From IMG/VR virus record IMGVR_UViG_3300012921_000080, positions 1-38,063 of that record: DNA of 38,063 nucleotides; one strand, given 5' to 3'. Positions 17,903 through 24,995 of the stretch are shown piece by piece. Under the pieces are notes generated by a model, which saw only the letters and a list, made by a program, of their open reading frames with translations, did not search any database and was not told the origin of the DNA. Position numbers and translations under genes: made by a program. Positions within the stretch are counted from its first letter, which is position 1, and each line of letters starts with the position of its first letter. This DNA is from a virus (taxonomy: Duplodnaviria; Caudoviricetes).

Positions 17903-18787
17903 TCAGCCGGGATAGAGCTGCTTGAACATCGCCCGCGTCTGTTCCGCATAGGTCGGATCGAATTTCGGGTTCATCGCATCGTTGCGCGGATCCGCGAGGC
18001 GTGCCTCGACCGTCTGCTGGGTCACGGCCGGCTGTGGGCCGTTGCCGCCGCCGGCCATGAACGACGGGTTGGTGCCTGCGTTCATCAGCCGCTCGAGCAC
18101 CTTGACGCCGGCCGTTGATGTGGTCAGCAGCCGCATCTCGCCCTTCATCTGTTCGTCGAAGCCCTGCTGCGCCGTCAGCTGCTTAATCCAGGCCTCGGCG
18201 GCGCCCAGCCGCTCTGACCCCTTGGTCCGGCGCTCCTCCGGAGATCCGCGATAGGTGTCCGGCGCCAGATCCTCGAGCAGCTTGTTGGCGTCGAAAGGCG
18301 CGTCGATCATTCCCTTTTCGACCAGCGTGTCGAAGAACTTCGGAATGGCGTCGATCTGCTTCTGGCTGAACTCGTGCTCGTGGGCGATCTCGGCGAAGGC
18401 CTTCACCGCCTGGTCGTCGCCGGCGATCGTTCCGCTCGCCTTGACGCGGTCGCTCCAGTTCCATTGATAGCCGTCCGGCTTTTCCGGCCGGCCGGCCGCT
18501 TCCGGTCCCTTCTTCGCCAGCTCGCTGCGCAGCCCGTTCATCCGGGCCAGCACCTTGTCGATCGTCTCCTCGTTGCTCTGGCCGAGAAGATGTTCCTCGA
18601 TGCCGTCCGGCCTGTAGACGCCGGCGCCGCCGTCCGCGCCGCCGATCGGCAGCGTCTTTCCGCCCTGCGTCGGATCGGTCGCGCCGGGCGCTGGCGCGCT
18701 AGGCGCCGGTGCGCCTGCGCCGCCGGGGTTGTCCTGCGCCGTCATTTCGGGGCTCGGGTCGAGACCGTGTTCTCCTGTGCCTGCCAT
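17903..18787 (-). CDS. Capsid scaffolding/assembly protein
   Basis: Between the portal region and capsid; Pro/Gly-rich N-terminus, PEKPDGY motif, C-terminal FKQLYPG; GGAGAG RBS before 18787. Confidence 0.75.
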   Translation of the reverse strand: MAGTGEHGLDPSPEMTAQDNPGGAGAPAPSAPAPGATDPTQGGKTLPIGGADGGAGVYRPDGIEEHLLGQSNEETIDKVLARMNGLRSELAKKGPEAAGRPEKPDGYQWNWSDRVKASGTIAGDDQAVKAFAEIAHEHEFSQKQIDAIPKFFDTLVEKGMIDAPFDANKLLEDLAPDTYRGSPEERRTKGSERLGAAEAWIKQLTAQQGFDEQMKGEMRLLTTSTAGVKVLERLMNAGTNPSFMAGGGNGPQPAVTQQTVEARLADPRNDAMNPKFDPTYAEQTRAMFKQLYPG

Positions 18788-19214
18788 CCTGCTCTCCATC
18801 GGTTTGTGTGCTGGCGATCGGCCCCGCCTGGCGGATCGCATCGAAAATGGCGCGCACGAAGTTGCATTGGGCATCGTGCGCGATCACCAGCGGGGTGATG
18901 ACGTCCATCGAAAGCTGCGCCTCGACGGGATAGGGGCTGGCGCGCAGCGTCGTGTCGAGCATGTGCTCGAGCACGCGGAGGCCGGCCGGTGTGCAGAAGC
19001 AGTCGCGGAAGTCGTTGGCCTGTTTCTTCAGCTGCAGCGCCTGCTCGTTGCGCTGCTTCGCCATCGCCTGGCCGCTGGTCTCGATGCCTTTCCAGCCGGG
19101 AAAGGCATCGCGCATGACCTGCTCGAGCATCTTCTCGACCGAAGGCTCGGCGTTCGAGAGCGGATCGTCCTCGCTGCCCGGTTCCGCGTCCAGTCCGTGC
19201 TGGTCTCTTGCCAT
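18699..19214 (-). CDS. Bbp19-like phage protein
   Basis: FRDCFCTPAGLRVLEHML motif; located between portal and scaffold. Confidence 0.65.
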   Translation of the reverse strand: MARDQHGLDAEPGSEDDPLSNAEPSVEKMLEQVMRDAFPGWKGIETSGQAMAKQRNEQALQLKKQANDFRDCFCTPAGLRVLEHMLDTTLRASPYPVEAQLSMDVITPLVIAHDAQCNFVRAIFDAIRQAGPIASTQTDGEQDGRHRRTRSRPEPRNDGAGQPRRRRRTGA

Positions 19215-19226
19215 CCGCCGCCCCCG

Positions 19227-20870
19227 CTAAGCCGCCGCCCGCAGCTCGCCCGGAGGCGGTGCGCCGCCCGGCGGCGCCTGCGGCCGCATCTGTTCGGCCG
19301 CGATCAGCGCGGCCACGACCTTCTGGATTTCCTTCTTTTCCGTGTCGGAACGGATCATGGTCTCCGAGACGCCAAGCTTGCGCCCGATCTCCGCGAAGAT
19401 CTCCTCGACCTTGGCCGTCAGCATCATGATCTGCGGCCCGCCGATCGACAGGATGATCTGCAGCCAGTCGACGATGCCGGACACGTCCTGCGCCTGCTGC
19501 AGCTTGGCGATCGGCGAGATCACCTCGACGCGGGTCAGGAGCTGGTCGATCTTCAGGCTGGTGTCGATCAGGTTGCGCCGGAACAGAACGTCGATGACGC
19601 GCTGGATGAGAGGCCGCACGATCTCGAGGACCATGCGCGCATAGGCGCCCGACAGGTCGGCCGACAGGCGCTTCATCCTCTCGACGATCTCGGTGGCCGA
19701 GCGCACCGCGCCGCTGTCGGGCGGCAGCGTGTCATCGAGCATTGCCTGTTTCAGGGCTTCCCGCAGATCCTGCAGGATCAGGTTCGAAATGTCGAAACGG
19801 CCGGGCACGTCGAGCCGCTGCACCGACGCGCCCATATTGCCGCCGGTCGAGCCGACAGCCCAGAACGCGCCGGGCTTCATGCGGGCCGTCTTCGGATTGA
19901 ACACGCGGTCGTTCTTGTAGGTCCAGAGGCCGAGGATCGCGAAGGCGGCCGCCTTGATCGTCAGCTCGGTGACCTTGTTCAGCGTCTTGGCTGTCGGCAG
20001 GCCGGTCAGGCCGGGGCCGCGGCCCATCGCCTCGCCGGGCACCTTCCAGAAACGCGGCGTCAGCCACGGGCAGGTGTTTTCCGTGGTGGAATAGATCGGG
20101 CCTTCCTCGCAATTGTCGGGCCGGTAGGCGTCGAAATGCCACTGGCCGGACGTGGCGTCGTATTCCGTCGCCTGCACGATCGTGACGAGCTGGGAGGGTT
20201 CCTCCTTGATGATCTTGGCCAGGCTGTCGGAGATCGTCATCTTGGCTTCGGGCCACATGGTGGCGACGTCGCCGGCCTCGAATTCCTTGCGCCAGTAGAT
20301 CCCGTTCACCCGGCCGAGCCCGTCCTCGCGCAAGGCGAGCTCGCCGATCGGCACGGAGACGAAGCGCAGCACGTCGCGATCGTCCTCCGGCATCAGCATC
20401 GCGCCCGTGCCGCCGAACAGGTCGAGATACATCTCGTTGGCGGCAACGGAGAACTGCGCCGCCTCGAGCACCGCCATCACTTTCGAGGTGATGGTTCCCA
20501 GCTCCTCCTCGAGCTGCTTCTTGGCGTCGCCCTGGACATTGAGATAGGGGCCGATCTTCAGTTCGAAAAAGCGCTGGAAGGCCGGCGTCACGTCCTGGCT
20601 CATCCGGCCGGCGAAGCGGAAGGCGGCCTTGGTGGCCGTGCCGTCGAAGATCCGGTCGACACGATCGTCGGTCGAGGCTGTCTGCGTTCCCGCCGGCGCG
20701 CGATACGGGATCACATATTCGTAGAGCTGGTCGAGCAGCCCCTTGTGCGGCTGGCACCTGGTATAGGCGCGCTCGCAATTGGCCTGGACCTTCTTGATCC
20801 GGTTGTCGTTGGCGGGCTCCTGCGACGGATTGACCGTCTGGCCGCGCCCGGGTTTTGCCTTGGATGCCAT
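19227..20870 (-). CDS. Portal protein (head-tail connector), 547 aa
   Basis: Start at 20870 by TGATG overlap; IFDGTA, GEAMGRGPG, RSATEI and VISPIAKLQ motifs of T7 gp8-like connectors. Confidence 0.9.
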   Translation of the reverse strand: MASKAKPGRGQTVNPSQEPANDNRIKKVQANCERAYTRCQPHKGLLDQLYEYVIPYRAPAGTQTASTDDRVDRIFDGTATKAAFRFAGRMSQDVTPAFQRFFELKIGPYLNVQGDAKKQLEEELGTITSKVMAVLEAAQFSVAANEMYLDLFGGTGAMLMPEDDRDVLRFVSVPIGELALREDGLGRVNGIYWRKEFEAGDVATMWPEAKMTISDSLAKIIKEEPSQLVTIVQATEYDATSGQWHFDAYRPDNCEEGPIYSTTENTCPWLTPRFWKVPGEAMGRGPGLTGLPTAKTLNKVTELTIKAAAFAILGLWTYKNDRVFNPKTARMKPGAFWAVGSTGGNMGASVQRLDVPGRFDISNLILQDLREALKQAMLDDTLPPDSGAVRSATEIVERMKRLSADLSGAYARMVLEIVRPLIQRVIDVLFRRNLIDTSLKIDQLLTRVEVISPIAKLQQAQDVSGIVDWLQIILSIGGPQIMMLTAKVEEIFAEIGRKLGVSETMIRSDTEKKEIQKVVAALIAAEQMRPQAPPGGAPPPGELRAAA

Positions 20871-21055
20871 CAGCCGCCGAGCGTGCCCTTCTTGCCATCG
20901 CGGAAGGCGAGCGAGCGGCGCAGCGAACCGACGCGGGCGGCAATGCCGGCGCGCTGATCGGCCTCGGCGTTGGCGCGGTTGGCGGCGTCCATCCGGTCTT
21001 TCTGGATGGCTTTCTCGCTGTCCGAAGGGCCGGATTTGCCGAAAAGGGCTTCCAT
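20870..21055 (-). CDS. Small protein preceding the portal
   Basis: GGAG before the ATG at 21055 (alternative start 21070); ends in GTLGG; coupled to the portal gene. Confidence 0.65.
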   Translation of the reverse strand: MEALFGKSGPSDSEKAIQKDRMDAANRANAEADQRAGIAARVGSLRRSLAFRDGKKGTLGG

Positions 21056-21081
21056 CGCGTCGATCTCCATGGAACGGCGCG

Positions 21082-21114
21082 ATGCTAGGCGGGCATGCGA
21101 GGGTGTTACGTTTC
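21082..21114 (-). promoter_or_regulatory. Putative late promoter, copy 4 (GAAACGTAACA-N16-TAGCAT), upstream of the portal operon
   Basis: Exact 11-mer with the same spacing, intergenic. Confidence 0.8.
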
Positions 21115-21121
21115 AGGTCTG

Positions 21122-21526
21122 TCACTCCACAAACCTCGGCCGACGCCAGGTGCGGATCGTCCTTCCCTCGTCGAGGAACTGCCCTGTCGGCTCGAAGCCG
21201 GCCATCGTCGCCATGCGGTGGCCGGCGTCGTTCCCCTCGCGGATCCGCGCGATGATCTCGCGATCGGGAAAGTGAAGCGCGGCCGACATCAGCAGGAACC
21301 GCGTTTCCGCGATCGACGGCCGCGCGGCCGCCGGCAGCACCAGGAAGCATTCGAGCTCGCCGCCGGGCAGCACCTCGATGCCGCACAGCGCCCGCCGCTC
21401 GCCGCCGTTCCACAATGTCCAGCACAGGGTTCCGGCGACCTGCTGCGCCATCAGCCGCCAGTAGCGCCGCGCCATGAACGGCCGCATCGCCGCGAGATCC
21501 GCGATCGTCGCCGGCGCGAAGTGCAT
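21122..21526 (-). CDS. GNAT-fold-like phage protein
   Basis: Start at 21526 by TGATG overlap; ARIREGNDAGHRMATMAGF resembles a GNAT C-terminal motif. Confidence 0.55.
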   Translation of the reverse strand: MHFAPATIADLAAMRPFMARRYWRLMAQQVAGTLCWTLWNGGERRALCGIEVLPGGELECFLVLPAAARPSIAETRFLLMSAALHFPDREIIARIREGNDAGHRMATMAGFEPTGQFLDEGRTIRTWRRPRFVE

Positions 21527-21786
21527 CAATGGATCCCGTTCATGCGCAGATTTCGCTGCTGCTGACCCGATCGGGCGTCGATTGCTTTCCGCCACTCGGC
21601 AGCCTCAACTAGGCCGGGACATTGAACCCGAAGCTTCTCGACCTGGCGCGCATAGTTCATTCCCCGCGCAACGGCGCAGTCTCCGTCATCGATCTTTCCA
21701 TCGTCGCAGCTGGCGCCGTTCGGCACATGCATCGCATGGTAGAGCGGACAATGCTTAACATCATTGTGCGGGCAGCCCTTGCTCAT
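21526..21786 (-). CDS. Small Cys/His-rich hypothetical protein (86 aa)
   Basis: TGATG overlaps at both ends; CPHNDVKHCPLYH...C...C...C; more AT-rich than its neighbours. Confidence 0.65.
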   Translation of the reverse strand: MSKGCPHNDVKHCPLYHAMHVPNGASCDDGKIDDGDCAVARGMNYARQVEKLRVQCPGLVEAAEWRKAIDARSGQQQRNLRMNGIH

Positions 21787-23351
21787 CACGTATTCCACAC
21801 GCTGAAATTCGTCTTCGCCTCGACCGTGCCGCCGGCCTCGTCGTCATCATCGCTCGCGCCGATGCTGTCGCCGCGCCCGCCCATCAGCTCGCCGCGCTTG
21901 ATCCCTTCGAGCCCGACCAGGTCCATGACGACATATTGCAGGCCGTCATGCGGATTGGAGTATTCGTTCTTCTCCGGGATCGGGTCGGTGCCGGCATTGA
22001 CGCCGCGCCGCTTGCGGTAGCGGTAGTGCGAGTTGAAGCCCTTGCGGATCATCTTTGCCCGGCGGGAGACCAGCAGCCCGGGCGTGTCCGGCCGCGGGAA
22101 GTAGCGCAGGAGCTGGCGCACGCCGTCCTGGCGAATGTGCAGCTCGTTGCTCTCGGCCGGTGTGATGACGATGCCTGTGCCCTGTTCGATCGTGCCGAAG
22201 AAGGACAGATCGCCGGTCTCGCTGTCGGCTCCGGAAAAGCCCGCCGGATCGCCCGTCGCCCGCTCGACGTCGAAGCCGCGATAGCGGTCGGCGAGCAGCA
22301 GCTTGCAACCGCGGGCGAAGCCGGTCGGCCCGATGCGGCCGGGACAATACTCGTCGAGGATCCGCAGCTGCCCGATCGGCGTCCACTGCGCCACGACCAT
22401 CGCCGGCCCGCGCACCCCCTGGTCGAAGCCGAGGCGCAGCTTCAGGCCGGGAATGGGAAGAAGATCGTCCTCGGCCGCATGCCGGGTGTCGTCATATTCC
22501 GGGTAGACCGGCTCGCCGTCGCGGCTCGGCCCCCATAGGCCGTCGACCATGCGCTTGACCCAGTCCGGCCGGTGCCGGTTCGTCTCGGCCATCTTCTCGT
22601 AGGTTTCGCGGGCGATCGCCTGCCGGTTCTCGCCCTGGGCCGAGCGGCCGGATGGCTGCTTGTAAAGCTTATGCCCAGGCGGCTTCTTCTCCTCGAAGAC
22701 GTCGTATATCCAGTTGTCGGTGTCGGGCGGGTTCAGGTCGAGCGTGACGCCGGTGTAGTAGTTCGTGCCAGGCTCAAAGAAGCGCTTCGGCGGGAAGCGC
22801 TGCTGCAGCGCGCGGCCGATCAGATAGGGCAGCACGTCGCCGGACTGCTGGTCGGCCTCGCCCATGTTCGCCGTCGTGAACTCGATGCCGCGCAGCGCGG
22901 CGTCCACATCGGCGTCTTGGATCGCCTGGAAGATGACCTCGAAATGCAGCAGCGAGCCGTCCGGCTGGTCGAAGGTCAACTGATGCGTCGCCTTGCGCCC
23001 CTCGCCGCCGTTCCACAGGCCGACGTCGGGTCCGAACCACGCCCACCAGCTCTTGATGGTCGTTCCCCACAGATTGGCATAGGTGTCGCGCACCTCGAGG
23101 TGGCGGTGCAGCTTTGCGCCCGCAAACGGGCCTCGAGTACAGACCGGCATCTCGGTGGCGAGCACCAGCTTGTCGAAGAAGTTGACGTTGGTCTTGCCGG
23201 AGCCGATCGGCCCCATGATCCCCCTGACATTGTTCTCGCGATCGCGCATGAAGGCCGAGGCGACCGGCCCTGGCGACTGGTAGCTGTTGATATCCCACTT
23301 CTCGCTTGCGGCGCGGCGGTAGAGCTCTAGGATCGCCGGATCGGTGCTCAT
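21786..23351 (-). CDS. terL: Terminase large subunit
   Basis: Walker A GPIGSGKT, LDLNPP coupling motif, nuclease motifs LGFDQG, GDPAG and SNPHDGLQY; start at 23351. Confidence 0.9.
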   Translation of the reverse strand: MSTDPAILELYRRAASEKWDINSYQSPGPVASAFMRDRENNVRGIMGPIGSGKTNVNFFDKLVLATEMPVCTRGPFAGAKLHRHLEVRDTYANLWGTTIKSWWAWFGPDVGLWNGGEGRKATHQLTFDQPDGSLLHFEVIFQAIQDADVDAALRGIEFTTANMGEADQQSGDVLPYLIGRALQQRFPPKRFFEPGTNYYTGVTLDLNPPDTDNWIYDVFEEKKPPGHKLYKQPSGRSAQGENRQAIARETYEKMAETNRHRPDWVKRMVDGLWGPSRDGEPVYPEYDDTRHAAEDDLLPIPGLKLRLGFDQGVRGPAMVVAQWTPIGQLRILDEYCPGRIGPTGFARGCKLLLADRYRGFDVERATGDPAGFSGADSETGDLSFFGTIEQGTGIVITPAESNELHIRQDGVRQLLRYFPRPDTPGLLVSRRAKMIRKGFNSHYRYRKRRGVNAGTDPIPEKNEYSNPHDGLQYVVMDLVGLEGIKRGELMGGRGDSIGASDDDDEAGGTVEAKTNFSVWNT

Positions 23352-23698
23352 GTGAGCATCTCCCGAACGATCGCCCCGACCTTCTCGGCCATCGCGTCGA
23401 GGAACCAACGTGGCGCCGGCCCCGCCCCGCCCCCCAACCCAGTCGCCAGCGAATTCAATTTTCCGCCCTGGGCAGGGAAAAACGATCCTGTTTCGAGGCC
23501 GAAACTCGCACAGGCCTCCATGCTAGGCAGAGCGGAACCCGATTTCGGGGATACCCCCCTGCCCTGCGCCTGGGCGATCGAGGGGGGAGGGTCCGGACGG
23601 AATGCGCCGCCCAGCGCCGTCGCCAGGTCGAGCGCGCAGGGCGTGACCCGCTGAATTCCGATCATCTGGCATATCGCTGGTTTGTCCTGTGTTTTCAT
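23348..23698 (-). CDS. Possible hypothetical ORF between terS and terL (116 aa)
   Basis: ATG directly after the terS stop, in frame; ATGA overlap with terL; codon usage atypical. Confidence 0.35.
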   Translation of the reverse strand: MKTQDKPAICQMIGIQRVTPCALDLATALGGAFRPDPPPSIAQAQGRGVSPKSGSALPSMEACASFGLETGSFFPAQGGKLNSLATGLGGGAGPAPRWFLDAMAEKVGAIVREMLT

Positions 23699-24274
23699 CT
23701 ACTTACCGTCCTCGTGAGGCGTGGCGTCGTGAGGCGCGTCGGCCTCGTCGTCGCTAAGTGCTTGATTTTGCTCAATGTCGATCTGCCGTGCGGCAAGCGC
23801 CATCTGAAGCCCCAGCGCCTGCTGGTCGCCACCCAGGTTGACGACGAGCATGCCGGCGTTCGCGCCGCTCAGCTGCACGGCTGTCGGCAGCTTCTGCGCC
23901 ACGTAGGGCGCCAGGTCGGACATGACCTTGCGGTGATACTCGGCCGCCTCGATCTTCTTGCAGCCCAGCGTGCGGGCGATCACGTCGATCGGCGTGGCGA
24001 CGATCTCGGCCATGGCCAGTATCGGGTTGCGCCCGGTCGCCTCAATCAGCCGCACCAGGTCGCGGGTGGTGCGGTTCTGGCTTCCCCTCGGTCTCCCCGG
24101 CCCGCTGCGCTTCACGACGTGCCCTTCCGGCGTCACCACCTTGCCGAACACGCTCTGCTCGCGGAACATCGGCAGCTGGATCTCGTCCGGCTCCGCGACC
24201 GTCCGCGACAGCTCGGCCGCTGCAGCGTCCAGTTGCAGCGCACCCTCGACCGCGCGTCCCTTTTCGCCGCTCAT
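23699..24274 (-). CDS. Terminase small subunit (putative)
   Basis: GPGRPRGSQNRTT motif and DLAPYVAQKLP; upstream of terL. Confidence 0.7.
   Translation of the reverse strand: MSGEKGRAVEGALQLDAAAAELSRTVAEPDEIQLPMFREQSVFGKVVTPEGHVVKRSGPGRPRGSQNRTTRDLVRLIEATGRNPILAMAEIVATPIDVIARTLGCKKIEAAEYHRKVMSDLAPYVAQKLPTAVQLSGANAGMLVVNLGGDQQALGLQMALAARQIDIEQNQALSDDEADAPHDATPHEDGK
23755..23767 (-). promoter_or_regulatory. IHF-consensus site
   Basis: AATCAAGCACTTA matches WATCAANNNNTTR. Confidence 0.45.
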
Positions 24275-24293
24275 ATCGCCCCCATATTCAATT

Positions 24294-24524
24294 GTGGAAC
24301 CGGCCGGGTTCCACTCCCGGTTCCACCCAACGATTTGAATTCCCTATCAATATCTCCCTCTGGAACCGTGGAACCGTGGAACCAATCGCGCCCGCGCGCG
24401 CGTGTGCGCATACGTGAGTTTCCCCGGTTCCACGGTTCCACGGTTCCACTTGTCGATTTCATCAATCTTATCAGCGCCTTAGGTGGAACCCATAGTGGAA
24501 CCGGCATCGGTTCCACGGTTCCAC
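24294..24524. repeat. Array of 13 GTGGAACC/GGTTCCAC octamers; probable replication origin
   Basis: Direct and inverted octamers in three clusters separated by two AT-rich spacers, downstream of the helicase gene. Confidence 0.8.
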
Positions 24525-24557
24525 CCGCACCCGAAAGCGCGGTTTTTCTTCCCTGAG

Positions 24558-24590
24558 ACCTTGGGGTCAGGGCGAGAAGTGTTACGTTTC
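24558..24590 (-). promoter_or_regulatory. Putative late promoter, copy 5 (GAAACGTAACA-N16-CAAGGT), upstream of terS
   Basis: Exact 11-mer; weaker -10-like hexamer that keeps the second-position A and final T. Confidence 0.6.
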
Positions 24591-24666
24591 CGGCTCGCCG
24601 GGTCAGGGTGCGGGGCGCGGAGCGGCCGGCGTCCCCCTGCCCCGCGTGCACGCGGGACAGAGCGGA

Positions 24667-24693
24667 GCGGCCCTGCTGGGCCGCAGGTTTTTT
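24667..24693 (+). terminator. Rho-independent terminator-like hairpin on the antisense strand
   Basis: GCGGCCC-tgct-GGGCCGC-AGG-TTTTTT. Confidence 0.5.
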
Positions 24694-24809
24694 CATGGCC
24701 TGACACCCGGTCGAGCCGCCGCGCGCCGCGTCATCGGCCGGCACGATCGCTTGAGCCAGGGCGCGCTCACTGGGCATCTGTCGACGTCGCATGGCGGGGA
24801 ATATCAAGC

Positions 24810-24995
24810 TCATTGAGAGCGTGCCACGCTGTCGCGGCCCGGATAGTATATCCAGCCCGGAACGCTGAGTGCCGAGTAATGCAGGTCGGGATTGCGTGCC
24901 AGCCGGCGCTGCTCTACTTGCTTGGTGATTTTGCAAGAGCGCTTATAGTTCCGATATGAGGCGCGAAGCGCCATCAAAGCTTCCTGCTCGCTCAC
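24810..24995 (-). CDS. Small basic hypothetical protein (61 aa, MSEQEALMALRASYRNYK...)
   Basis: GTGA overlap with the helicase stop; AT-richer composition. Confidence 0.45.
   Translation of the reverse strand: MSEQEALMALRASYRNYKRSCKITKQVEQRRLARNPDLHYSALSVPGWIYYPGRDSVARSQ

Noticed and set aside
24294-24524. Octamer array as a CRISPR array or LexA boxes
   Set aside because: Repeats are 8 bp in both orientations with no regular spacers and no cas genes; GAAC/GTTC spacings within clusters are N4 or N8, not N7
24271-24959. ORFs spanning the octamer array (24271-24936 minus, 24483-24959 plus, 24479-24706 minus)
   Set aside because: The peptides simply reflect the DNA repeats (GTVEP, STVP); better explained as a non-coding cis element
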